The notes under the pieces were generated by a model, which saw only the letters and a list, made by a program, of their open reading frames with translations, was not told where the DNA came from and did no database searches. The position numbers were made by a program, and so were the translations under genes. DNA of 64,000 nt. It comes from Anthoceros angustus (taxonomy: Eukaryota; Plantae; Anthocerotophyta). Below, in pieces: positions 12,960-24,872 of the stretch (position 1 is its first letter; each line of letters begins with the position of its first letter). The DNA is taken from contig MU008201.1 in the NCBI GenBank assembly GCA_010909165.1, forward strand, positions 415,288-479,287. The letters are read 5' to 3'.

Positions 12960-14800
12960 TGCACTGAAACCGGGTCCCTTGGCCAAAAAAGGTATGTCCG
13001 GGAAACCTGCTAGGCAAAGTATATGGGCCTCTATAGGAAAGAGGCCTCCTCTTAGTTGAAGGAAAATACACATCACGAACAATGCCAACGAGTAGTAACA
13101 GCCGCCGCCTACCTGGCAAAGAAGGTGGGTCTCCGCCGAGGGGCAATCTCACAACCGTAAGCTGAGAGAGCGTGTGGCACAGGACTTAGGCGCAACCTCA
13201 CTGCAGGCTGGTGCGATTCAAAGCTTGATGCAAGGCCGAGCAAGAAGCTATGAACTGCCTCCTTACTCCGGAGCAAGAGTAGATGAGCACGAGCCGCCTG
13301 GGATGGACGAAGTTCTGAGAGGCCACCACGCCTCCGCCATATTGCTTCCCATGAGGGCTCTAATCAATCCTGGAATGAACCCCAAGTGAGTAAGAAGGTG
13401 CAAGGCAGCCCAGCTCTTTGTGATGGGGAACCCCAGCCAACGAGGACATTTAGAAACCGCTTCTCCACTCCTTCGCAATGAAGGGATTCCAAATGCGAGA
13501 ACTCAACGACAAAGCCGGAGACTAGGATGGGAGCAGAGAGGGCCCAACTCCCAAGAAAAGCTGCCGGGGCTAAAGCTTCCGTAGCCAAAAGACCAGTGCC
13601 CCCAAATGCAGAGGGAGGGACATATGTTGCTTGGCCAAGTCCTCAGAAGCGCACTCCAAAGGTGCCTAGGCCAATGATATCGGCTAGCGCCTGCATAACC
13701 TACCTATCAAAACCCCTCAAGCTCGACAAGAATCCCAGGAAGGGCGGAACTGTGCGGAGGAGGTAGCCTTTGCACTTCAAAATCTTCACCTTCAGATCGA
13801 GGCGTGAGAGCTCCAAAGAGAAAAGACCAAATGCCCCCTTGACCCGGTCACCAAGCCTCATGATATGGGTGTCGTCCGCCACCGAGGGATACAAACAATC
13901 TTAAAACGAGATGGGCATGAGTTATGAACGAAAGCTCCAAATAAGCCGCAAAAGGGCGCCCCAACTATCCTCTTGCTTGGCAGTGCCATATACACCTTAA
14001 ACCGCCTCATCAAGGGGTCTGCAAGTAGAAATTGAAGGAGATCCGTGGAGCTAAAGGATAAGGTCAAGCTGCCCACTTGCATCCCCTCGAGTCGCGAAAT
14101 GGCCGCCTCGAGACCGGTGGTTAAAAGCATTTTTACATCCACCTAATGCGACTCATAGGATGGGACCCAAGATCGCCCCACCTCAAAGCCACGGACTAAG
14201 ACCCCTCAAAGTAGCTGCTCGAATATCGCGGGCCGAGAGTGACCCTCGGAATTGTCTCCCGAAGTTGGATGGCAATGCTGCGATTAACTAACCGCAAAAA
14301 CGCCTCCCCCACTACTATGGGACGAATCCTGTGGGTGGGGTTCTCCATAGCCAACAAGCGACTAGCGCCCAACCCTTGAGGCCAAGGGGTCCCTGCCACC
14401 ACAGCCAAAGAGAACAACTCAGAACCCGAGGATCTGCAAAGTAACTAAGATGTTATAGACTTCTCGGCGCATTCTTGCGAAGTGGTGAAGAGATACAGGC
14501 CCACCGACGACATTGCACAAAACAAAAAGGCCTCGCCAAGTCCTTGATGTCAGTATCGGGATCGCCTAATGCCGCTGGCTGAGGAAAGTAAGGGCGCTAA
14601 TAGTCTCCTCTCGTAGCCGGCGCCTAATCGGGCTTTTGGCTCGACATCAGTGCCACCAGCAAAAAAGACATCGCTAAGATGCACCCCTCCCAGGCGTGAC
14701 CGCCTCGGTGGCCTAAAACCGCCGAGGAAGGCAATCACACACCACTTTGGGGAGGAAAACCAGAGAGGATAACCGACCAAAATAGGTGAGCTCCGCCGAG
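12960..14800 (-). mobile_element. Degenerate CRE/R2-like (RLE-type) non-LTR retrotransposon RT region
   Basis: ASRLLAME..RIRPIVVGEAFLRLVNR, frameshifted VDVKNAFN, YPSVADDTHI (YADD equivalent) and APAAFLGSWAL, in the expected order on the - strand. Confidence 0.65.
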
Positions 14801-14999
14801 GGATTCGAAACCGGGATTCGTGGCAGTAGCCGTGGAGAAGCGATCAACTTGTCTCCCGCCGACGGAAGCTATCAAGGTGGACCACCGGACGAACCGGAGG
14901 TCCAGAGTGGTAAACCTCGGCTTGGAGTGAGGAGTAGCGCATAAATATAAAAAGCCAGATCCCACAATCGAGCCTCCTGTATGTGGATCCGTTATGAAA

Positions 15000-17400
15000 G
15001 TCAATTAATGTGGCTGTCTCGATGATCTCACCTTGTGTCTGGCTAGTTACCGAGACACCGAATAACCCATTTAGTAATTATTTCAACGACAAGAGGTCCG
15101 TGCTCTCTCTAAGAGAGACACACCCACTGCATACTACCCGTGCCGTGAAGACACAGTGGAAGTGATGGGTGGTATACACCTTAGAGCTAATTCAACACTG
15201 TGGGCGCCGAATATCTTTGTGGTATAAGGAGATATCTGGGATATCATGATGTTGGGGATCAGAGATGGGTATGCACAATCCTCATCATCGCTTAGGATTT
15301 TGAACACATAGTATCGTAGCAAAGCTTATCCTTCTCAACAGGTCGCCAAGTACTTAAAACAATTAATCATTCGTAACTCACTATCCTCTGGGCCATCAGA
15401 AGAGATCCCAAGGGGAATTAATAGTATTTAGGATGAATCTAGCCATTTTAAGAGACATTCTACAAAACCTGATTTTATATAGATCAAAACCGGGCCGGAC
15501 ACTTTGTATAGGTAACCTGAGGTAGTTAATTGGGCGGCTAAATATCTTGGCCTGCATGCTTACACTTTGAAGGAAGCATCCCGATGGATCAACAATGCTG
15601 TACTAGATAGGGAGGGTTTCCGCACCGGGACCAAAGGCGATCACACCTACAATTGCTAACAATGCTCGGATCTCTCAGTAAGGAGGCACTACCAGCAGAA
15701 TTCGAACCCCTCAAGATGCGGCTTAGACCCACGTGAATTCACCGCGACGATACACCTCAAGTTCTCCGGCGAGGAGGCGTATCACAGCCAAGATCCTTGC
15801 CCAACCACATACAAGGAGATGGATCACTGCCGGGATGCCTCAATGGTTAGTCGAGGCTTACCAACCGCTACCACCACAACTTAGAAGAGGAGGTCGTGAC
15901 TACCACGTTGGTATTTCCACTCATGCTGTAGATGTCAAGTAATAATCTCCTCCACCCTAAGGCCGAAGATTATGCTGGTGAGTCAGATCGCACCGACGAG
16001 CCGCCTTAGCTCTTCAGGGAGGGTCCGAGAGACGATCCCGATGGAGGACGCATGTGGCGCTTCACCCATTTCAAGCTCCGGAGGCAAGACGAGAACGGAG
16101 ACGGCGAACCTTCACCCCTAAAGTGTGACTCAGCAACCTTCTCAAGTTTAAGAAAGGCATGCCCTCCTCGCCGAAGCCGGTAATCGCAATCAAAAGTACT
16201 GGAGTTTTATGTTGCCATTCAAGGTCACGCACGAGAGTGCCGCAAGAAGAGAGGTCGAGAGCTGCAGGTCACCTGATCAGACAAACAATGGTCAGTAATT
16301 AGAGGAGCTACTTAAGACAATGAGGCAAAGACCGTGAGAAGATACTTTCACGTGCTCTGCCCCCAAATAATCGAAAGTTACATCAGATGCGGGGTGAAGG
16401 AGGTCCTTCACAATTTGGAGGCAGAGCCACCCATCACAATACATACATGCACCCAAGGTGGGGTTGCCAATCTCACCTTCAAGCTCGGATACTCATCCTT
16501 CCTGTGTGGAAACAGCCTGGGGCAAGTTACTGGGCATGCCAGATTGAGATCCAACGCCATCACAATTATGGGACAAGGCACTTCCGATGCCATCTTCCCC
16601 CGAGACCATATTCGGCTTGACTAAGGCTTACCTTGGAGCCTCATTTACTCCTCGTCCCACAAATGGGCAAGAACCTTTGGCTTTCCATGACTCACCAATT
16701 GCACCTAAGGGAGCGTATCTTAAGATGTTTAAGACGATCTTCACTACGGAACAGGTACTTTGTTTCTGTGACCACAAGTCCCTGCCTTTGGGCCTATTCA
16801 AGACCGGAGCGCCTCAAGACGGCCATGCGCATGCTTTCTTCATTACCTCTCTCGTAGGAGCGGCATCTACAGAGGAGCCGCCAAAGGACTCCATGGGAGA
16901 TAGCTTCTACCACTGCTCATACGATTTTTGTGTACCCGCCAGGGAGTGTGACAAACAATTAACTGTCTGCAGAATCAAGTACTGGCTTGAGCGCTGGCCG
17001 GAGTTACCGAGATCCACCTGAGCTCTACACCCGAAGAAGGAGACTGTTGTGAATACTTAAATAACACAGTAATGACCGTCGTAGGGAATAGTATTTAGTC
17101 GATGATCGAACGCGTGGTTTCTTCGAAGAGACACTCGATGTATAATTATTTAAGACACACTTTCCGGTCATCCGGGCCATGACACCTTTAGCAGCTAATT
17201 CAAATAACTCTAAAGGCCGAGATATCTTTGTGAGTACATAGTTTATTCTTCGGACTTAGCAATGCTAGACTAGATACAAGAGATGTAATCCATCGCTAGG
17301 ATTTCCAATATTGTCCGGCCGAAGTCCTGTCAACTAAGCCGATGTGGTTCCCAACTTCGAGCCTCAAAAAATTTTCCAGACAGTAAGTAAAAAGGTAACT
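15000..17400 (+). other. Mosaic region: patches of Gypsy PR-RT interleaved with unrelated sequence (probable consensus artefact)
   Basis: 16135-16230 matches 3803-3900 and 16690-16750 matches 4225-4270, with inserted bases throughout. 15040-15330 resembles 17000-17300. Confidence 0.55.
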
Positions 17401-17841
17401 CGAAAGCAAGAGATCAAGCATATCCATGGTATAATACCCTAAACGGTAGAAGATGCAAAGAATACCTTGTTAAGAAAAGATGGTATCACCTAAAGAGAAC
17501 CCACCCGATTATCCCTGTGGTGGGCCCTACCAAACCTCGTCCCTCGAGGTGGCTTCACCACACCCATTTAACGCCCCACCGCCATATCAGCACGCTTAGC
17601 TAAGCGCTTCACGCGCCCGCAATCTTTGCCGCTGCGCTCAACTCCAACTCCACCGGGCGTACCGAGGCCACCACACGCTTACAAGGTCAACGCCACCGCC
17701 GTGGCCGAAGCCACCGCTGGGCGGTCTCGCCTCACGCCGGTGGTCCTACTCACCACACGGCCTCACGCCAATGCCAGACACTAATCTTAATTAATCGCTT
17801 ATGTTAATTAAGCGTTGATTAGTGTAAATTAAACATGGTTA

Positions 17842-17990
17842 GCAATAGCTAAATGAATAAGCCCAATTTATATGCTTTAGCATATTCCTTGCATATTATA
17901 GTGTATTCTTAGGATGCAATAGCTAAGTGGATAAGCTGAAGTTATATACTTTAGCATATTCCTTGCATATTACAGTGTATTCTCAGGATA
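17842..17990. repeat. ~74 bp tandem duplication, 2 copies
   Basis: GCAATAGCTAA...CTTTAGCATATTCCTTGCATATTAYAGTGTATTCTYAGGAT occurs twice. Confidence 0.75.
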
Positions 17991-18464
17991 TTTCCGGCAT
18001 ATGCTTATGCCAATAGGATATCTTAGGAATATGCCGATGCCAATGGCTAGTATATAGACTTTCGCTAGGATCGAGCCCATCATAGCTTGTCCTCTAGATA
18101 TGCAATGGAAGAGTGTTGTGAGGAGGCCAAAGCAATGACTCCGAGAGCGATGTGTAAGGAATGTGTGTGTTGTTCTCATGGGGAGAGTGTGTTTGTGCCA
18201 CAACGTGCGAGCTACTTTCTCTTATTGTTATTGGTTTGCACCTATACTTGCATATTAGATTTGTTTTGCTTGGTTGTTTGTTGAGGGATCTGAATTCAAG
18301 TGCTTACCTCGTACGACAACTCCAAGGGCAGTAGAAAAAAGGGGCGACTAAAAGTAAAAGTGATCATAAATAATTAAATAAGAAGTATGTATTCGTTTTC
18401 TATTAAAAAAGGATGGGATAACGTCCTTGTGCAATCTTGAACGTCAGATGGTATCGTGAAAAAA

Positions 18465-18830
18465 TTGGATAATCTACTTGTATGATTTTGAACGAGAGAC
18501 ATTGTTAATCGATTTTGAACGTGAGACCTTGGATAATCTACTTGTACGATTTTGAACGTAAGACCTTGTTAATCGATTTTGAACGTGAGACCTTGTTAAT
18601 CGATTTTGAACGTGAGACCTTGGATAATCTACTTGTACGATTTTGAACGTGAGACCTTGTTATTCGATTTTGAACGTGAGACCTTGTTAATCGATTTTGA
18701 ACGTGAGACTTTGTTAATCGATTTTGAATGTGAAGCCTTGTTAATTGATTTTGAACGTGAAGCCTTGTTAATCGATTTTGAACGTGAGACCTTGTTAATC
18801 GATTTTGAGCGTGAAACATTGTTAATCAAT
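18465..18830. repeat. 27-bp minisatellite (~12 units) with a longer variant unit
   Basis: GATTTTGAACGTGAGACCTTGTTAATC tandem; the variant GGATAATCTACTTGTA occurs 3 times. Confidence 0.92.
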
Positions 18831-20434
18831 CGATGTCCGCAAATGTAATTTTCAACCAAAGAAGTTTGGTAATACCACTTATTTATGTAAAGGAGTGGAA
18901 GGCAAAAAGCGTTCACATGGACAAAACATATAGGTTCAATAATATTATTTTGTTGGGAGTTCCGGCACATCCTCAGACCTCCAAAAGGACATGTTTCCCC
19001 ATTAGAAGATCATTTTTCGCGTTCTTTTTGCACAGTGCGTGCATAAGTTTGTGCATAACGTTGTTTAGACGTGCACTTATGCGCGCCTAGGCCCCCTGGT
19101 ATACAAAACCATACAAAACCACACAAAATGCAGAAACTATGACAAAATTATGGAACAATGAGGTCACTGGCCCTTCATCACACCAACTAAATCGCCATGA
19201 ACCTCGAGTACGCCACAGTGTAAATGACTGGTGAAGTGGTGCTCGAGCAGAATGCAAACTAATGGATGAACACCTACAAAACCAATAAAACCAAACCAAC
19301 TCCGCGAAAATAGGTTGGGATTTTCCAAAACCCCTTTGACAGAGAGTCCCTCGTACATAGACGTCAAGTATATGTGGATACATTTAGATTTATATATGTG
19401 TCTGGTGCATATGTACCAAAGCAACTCCCAAATCCTAAGAGGGTTGTACCAATTACTTGCTAGTCTACTTGCTTAAACTTTGCAATAATTTTCCTTTCGA
19501 AGAGGGATGATATCATACCATAATCACTAGGCAACAAATTCAAATCACCCACACAACCAGCATCATTCGGACATAAACCTTGAGGTGTGACAATAATGCT
19601 TACTCCATGTTTACAAGAATCAATCAGCCATCCTTGCCTTGGCAACAAACAAGTCATATTAAAAGCGTGGCCGCACCAATTTGCTAATTGACCTGTTAGA
19701 ACCGATGAAAAAGCAATTCTTGCAGCGCTCGGCGGAAAATTCGGTCAATCGTTCTCTGCAAAAGTGAAGAGGAAAAAGAGGAAATGTGCTGCCATAACAC
19801 TGATATCAATCGCTCAATCAATATGAACAGCAGATGCAAATATGAACACCAGGATAAGGCAAACCTTGACCATAGTGTTCATAGAACCAAGAAGGATAGC
19901 CATCATGGAAAATAAGAATTTGAGATAAAACAAATAGAGTAGCTTGCATTGCATATCCTTCACATATATAGGAAGTATAGGCTATATCATTCGATAGAAA
20001 TCTCATTTTTCTTGAAAAGATTTTTTATTTTTCATAAATTAAATAGACATATCTAATGATACTTATGAATAAGTTAATCAATACTTTCCAAAAATAAATT
20101 TTCAGTTACCCTGCTTGTTATTTACCATCTTTCTATTGGATTTATTCGGTCTTTTCTATCATGTATCCTTTCTTGGTGAATTTGACTCTTTGTTATAGGA
20201 ACTAAATGGTCTTATCCATTTAGACTTGGTATTCTCAAGCTAATGCTCAAGATATCCTATGGATCTTTCTTCCTCAAATAGCTTTACTTGCAATGGATAT
20301 GCTCACATAATTTTTTAGTGAAATTGGAGACTTCATAGCTATTTCAAAGTATACATCAAAGTCTCGCTCTCGGATAGTGATTTCACCTACAGTAACTCCG
20401 TAGAGCACTAACGTCTTGCAGCCCCACGCACTAT

Positions 20435-21086
20435 GGAGATGAAATGATGTTTTATAAAAGATAATCTCGTAGGGCCATGAAGTTGGGGATGAGAGGCACT
20501 ATGAAGTTGGGGACGAGTGAGAGATGAAATGATATTTTATAAAAGGTAATCTCGTAGGGCCATGAAGTTGGGAACGAGAGGCACCATGAAGTTGGGGATG
20601 AGAGGCACTATGAAGTTGGGGAAGAGTGAGAGATGAAATGATGTTTTATAAAAGGTAATCTCGTAGGGCCATGAAGTTGGGGACGAGAGGGACCATGAAG
20701 TTGGGGATGAGAGGCACTATGAAGTTGGGGACGAATGAGAAATGAAATGATGTTTTATAAAAGGTAATCTCGTAGGGCCATGAAGTTGGGGACGAGAGGC
20801 ACCATAAAGTTGGGGATGAGAAGCACTATGAAGTTGGGGACGAGTGAGAGATGAAATGATATTTTATAAAAGTGTGCAATCTCAGAGGGCCGCGAAGTGA
20901 AGTGAGGCACCATGAAGTTGAGGATGAGAGGCACTATGAAGTTGGGGACGAAAGGCACCCCATTCGAGCACTGACCCGTCCTTGTATGCTTGCGGAGACG
21001 AAGGCATGATATTTTACAATAGGTAGCCCCGTAGAGCCATGAACCTGGGGCGGGCGCGAGATGAAATAATGTTTTATAACAGATAT
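20435..21086. repeat. Complex tandem repeat (24-bp subunit plus ~40-bp spacer unit), left half
   Basis: CATGAAGTTGGGGAYGAGAGGCAC x2-3 alternating with GAGATGAAATGATGTTTTATAAAAGGTAATCTCGTAGGGC. Confidence 0.9.
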
Positions 21087-21722
21087 TGTGGCGCCGATTT
21101 ACCGACGGCCACCGAAGAGCGGCGACATAATCCCCAAGGTCGTTGTAGTAAGGGGTCCGTTCTCAAGAGAATGATAAACTCCGCTTGGCACGCTTTCAAC
21201 CGATTCTCACCCCAACGCCGCGACTGTTTGGACCCGGCGCACGCGTAACGTGCAGTTCTACGACTAACTACTCTTAAAGTTCACCGACAGTCTCGCGGTG
21301 GCTAAACGCTTAAGGACTCGCTCGTGTCCCGATTCGATCAGGGCGTCCGGCCTTTGTCCGCTCAGTCCGCTCTTCTCACCACTCTCAATGCACTCTAATG
21401 TTCTTGGAAAAGAGTGGGTGGGCTACGAGGTTCGGACCTCCTCTCACTGCCCGGCTGGGCCTCTCCGTCCGGACTCTTCACGCCTCCCAAAGTTCCCCAC
21501 CACGTGCTCGGCCCGTCTGACGTCCGCCGCACCGACGCAGCAAGGGTCCCGATCGTCCATAGACATACCACCACACGTTAGGGTCCGGCTGTGACCTCGA
21601 CTGGCCTCTTGAGTCGCCAGGCCCGCTGACTCGGGACTCACGTTAGCAAAAGACGCACAAGGGTCTACATAAGGAAACGCCAGTATCCACCCCAAGAGAA
21701 AGATGCTTTACTAGAGCAGCCT

Positions 21723-21730
21723 CTTATATA
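21723..21730 (-). promoter_or_regulatory. Putative LTR TATA box (homologs at ~60023 +, ~39048 -, ~32462 -)
   Basis: TATATAAG/TATAAG conserved ~550-640 bp upstream of the LTR 3' end in several copies. Confidence 0.5.
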
Positions 21731-23099
21731 CTACGCCCAAGGGCGGCATCTTTATTACATCTCCTATTCTCGAGCCGGCTGCCCGGGCCAGCCTTGTAGC
21801 CTCGCCGCCTCTATTTCTCCTAACTCCGCCTATCTACGCCGGCTTGAAGGGGGTGCCTTGTTCGCCAACTCGTGGCCCAATCCCCAGCCTCGCCGGTTGC
21901 GCCTCAGACGGATGATCCGCGAGGCGGGCCCCTTCCCTTCCCGAGACTCACAGTTAGCCACCAATACCTAACAACGGCGGTCACCACCAAATCCTCCTCA
22001 CCTTCCTCTCTTGCCTGGTGGGCCCTCGCCTGGGTCCCCAGAGGTTGCTCCTCCGAGTCGGTGATGACTCCCTTGCCTCCCGAGTCCGGACCTCGGTGCA
22101 GCCTCGGGCCGCCCCGGACCTCGTGGTCCGCCTTACTGGAGTCCTGACCTCGAGGTCCGGTCGACTTTGGGGTCCCGACCTGTAGTCCGCCTTATTGAGT
22201 CCGGACCGGGTTCGGACTCAAGGGTCCCTGGACTTCTTCGCCGTGGACTCCCGGGGTCCATCCTCTTCCACCTGACTCACATTGTCCCAAGTCCTCCGGA
22301 CTTCTCCTCTATGGCCCTCCTGGGCCCTCCCTTCCTTCCGTGAGGGGTGCGGAAGACCCTCCATCCTAGTGGCGCCCGCCAGGCTACCTCCGCTCCTCCA
22401 TGTGATCCCTTCCCCGCCACATTGCTGCCTTTTTGACGAACAGCCCCATGCCGTCCACCGGCCTTCATCTCCTCCTCCCTCGATCCTTCTCCAGGTCCGC
22501 TTGCTGACCGTGGTGACGCAGACCTCTAGAGCTTTGAGGAGTTCGGGGTAGAAGGCGGTAAGTCCGAGTCGTGACTTGTTAGATTGCCTCCTCCACGCGC
22601 CCGGAGCACCCGATACTCCTTCAGCCAAAGGGCCCCAGCTGGCATGCCTGCTTGTTGGGTCTGCCTCCTTGCCACCCGCCACTGAGTCGGGCAGACCTCT
22701 GAGGCCACCGGAGGGCCCCTTCCCGAGACTACAGTTGGGCCACCTGGCCTAACAACGGCGGTCACCACCTCCTCCTCACCTTCCTCTCTTGCTCTGGTGG
22801 GCCCCACATGCGGGTCCCCGGAGGTTGCTCCTCCTGGCGGGTGGTGATGACTCCCTTGCCTCCCGAGTCCGGACCTCGGGGTGCGCCTCGATTGCGTCAG
22901 GACCTCGTGGTCCCCTTCAGGTCCGACCTCGAGGTCCGGTCTCGACTTTGGGGTCCGGACCTCAGAGTCCGGCCTTATTTCTGGAGTCCGGACCTCGGGG
23001 TTCGGACTCGCGGGTCCCTGGACTTCTTCGCCCCGTGGACTTCCCGGGGGTCCATCCTCTTCCACCGGACCTCCACATTGTCCCAAGTCCTCCAGGACT

Positions 23100-24872
23100 T
23101 CTCCCTCTATGGCCCTCTCGGGGCCCCCCTCCCTTCCTTCCGTAGCGGGGTGCGGAAGACTTACCTCAGTCCTAGTGGCGTCTGCCATGTCCTGCTCCTC
23201 CATGTGATCCCCTTCCCCGCTGCTGCTGTCTTTGCCGAACAGCGCTCCCATGCTGTCACCGGGGCCTTCATCTCCTCCTCCCTCGGATCCTTCTGGAGGT
23301 CCGTCGGTTGACCGTGGTGACGCAGGACCTCTAGAGCTTTGAGGAGTTCAGCGTGGTAGAAGGCGGTCCAGTCGACTTTGTTGTTGCCTCCTCCACGTGC
23401 GCGCCCGGAGCACCGATACTCCCTTCGCCAAAGGTGCTTTCGGCTGGGCATCTTTGCTGCTTGTTGCCGTCTCCTTGCAGACCCGCTGATTGGAGTCGAG
23501 AATCCTGAAAGGTACCAAGGAGGCCTCCGTCACTTCCTAGCCTCCTGGCTGCTCCTCCGCCTCCACCTCCTCCGTCGTTGTAGCTCGACCTTACTGCCAT
23601 GGAGCTACGTTCTCCGCCGCCATCGGACAAGCGCACGCTCCTCTCGAGAGCCCTCTCCCTCCGTCCATCTTTGCTTGAGGTCGCCATCTCCCCTCTCGGG
23701 CGGTCCGGCATCTCGCCTGCTCGACTTCCTCGTTCTCCAACTCGGCGATGTCCAACTCCACGGATCGCCGCCAACTCCCCTCTGCCTCCCGATTGGGGAC
23801 GGGGCGGGCTCGGGGTGAGGCTGCCGGTGCCCTCCGCTCCCGTCCTCTCGCCCTCCCACGCCTCCTCCCTTCCGCCACTCTGGTAGGGGCAGGCAGATGC
23901 GCTCTGGGCGCGTTGGTATGTCTTAGCCTTTTTGCTTCCAGGTGGCCGAGGTTTACCACCGGGCGTCATGGGCTCTGCTTTCTTGTGTCATGACCATGAC
24001 CTCCTTCTTGGGCCTCCTCCGGTTGGTGTGGGGAACCAAGAGGAGGGAAGGCGGGAATGTCTTCCCACACCTCCCCAGGTGGCGAGGGGTCCGTTCAACG
24101 TATGAGTCGGAATCCTCCAGTCGTTCCTCCTCCCGACCCGCTTGGTCCGGCCAGACCAGACCTCGCCTCCCGCGTTCTTCCTTCTCGCCTCCGCCTCAGG
24201 TAGCGGCCAGCCCCTTCCGTGGCGCCCGCCTCCTCTTCCCCCTCCTTGGGGAGGTTCATGTGCCCCACATGGATGATGAAGCAGCGACATGACGGGTGGC
24301 TTCTCACTTCGCCTTCCGGCCTCCCTGGTTGATTCGAGGAAGATGATCTCGCCCCGGTCGGGCGTTCCCCCTCGTAAGGCGTGGAGGAACACCGTGATTA
24401 TCCCCAAGGTGGTCCACCTTGGTGAGCATATTCCGGTGGGCGATGATCTTCGCCCGCTGCCGTACCCTCCTGTCCGGGAGGTCCAGGCATCGACCACCGT
24501 TGGAGGATCGCTGCCGTTCGGTCGCAAGCAGGGGCCCGGCCGCCTCCTTCCCCTTCACCCCAGAACCACTCCCCTACCCCTCCTGGCGGTTGTAGGCCTC
24601 GGGACCTCCATGGTCCACCTCCTGGGGTCCTCCCGCAGGTTCTTGGAGCGGACCTCCTTGTTTGCCGCTGCCAGCATCTTCCGGGCATACTCCCGGACTA
24701 GGGCGACGTTGTCAAAGGTCCAGACAGCCTGGAAAATATCTAGGTTCCAGTCCTCCACCAGCTCCTGCGCCTCCTCCAGCCAAGGACCGAAGTCCAGGTA
24801 GCGCTTGGTGACGATGTTACGTTCCACCAAGCGCCATGGCTCCCATACCTTTGCCGCCTTCTTGGGTCCCAT
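23100..24872 (-). pseudogene. LTR-embedded additional ORF in the solo LTR (best-preserved N-terminus)
   Basis: MGPKKAAKVWEPWRLVERNIVTKRYLDFGPWLEEAQELVEDWNLDIFQAVWTFDNVALVREYARKMLAAANKEVRSKNLREDPRRWTMEV (within ORF 24555-25166); later REYRC..NKVDWTAFYHAELLKALEV. Confidence 0.75.

Noticed and set aside
18465-18830. CRISPR-like array or repeat protein (DFERETLLI ORFs)
   Set aside because: Units are contiguous without unique spacers, there are no cas genes, and the context is eukaryotic. The ORFs are by-products of a 27-bp period.
19600-19700. RING-like CGHAF..CL..WL on the minus strand
   Set aside because: The remaining ligands are missing; it may be chance.
20435-21086. CRISPR-like repeat/spacer pattern
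   Set aside because: The 'spacers' are themselves repeated; this is a higher-order satellite.
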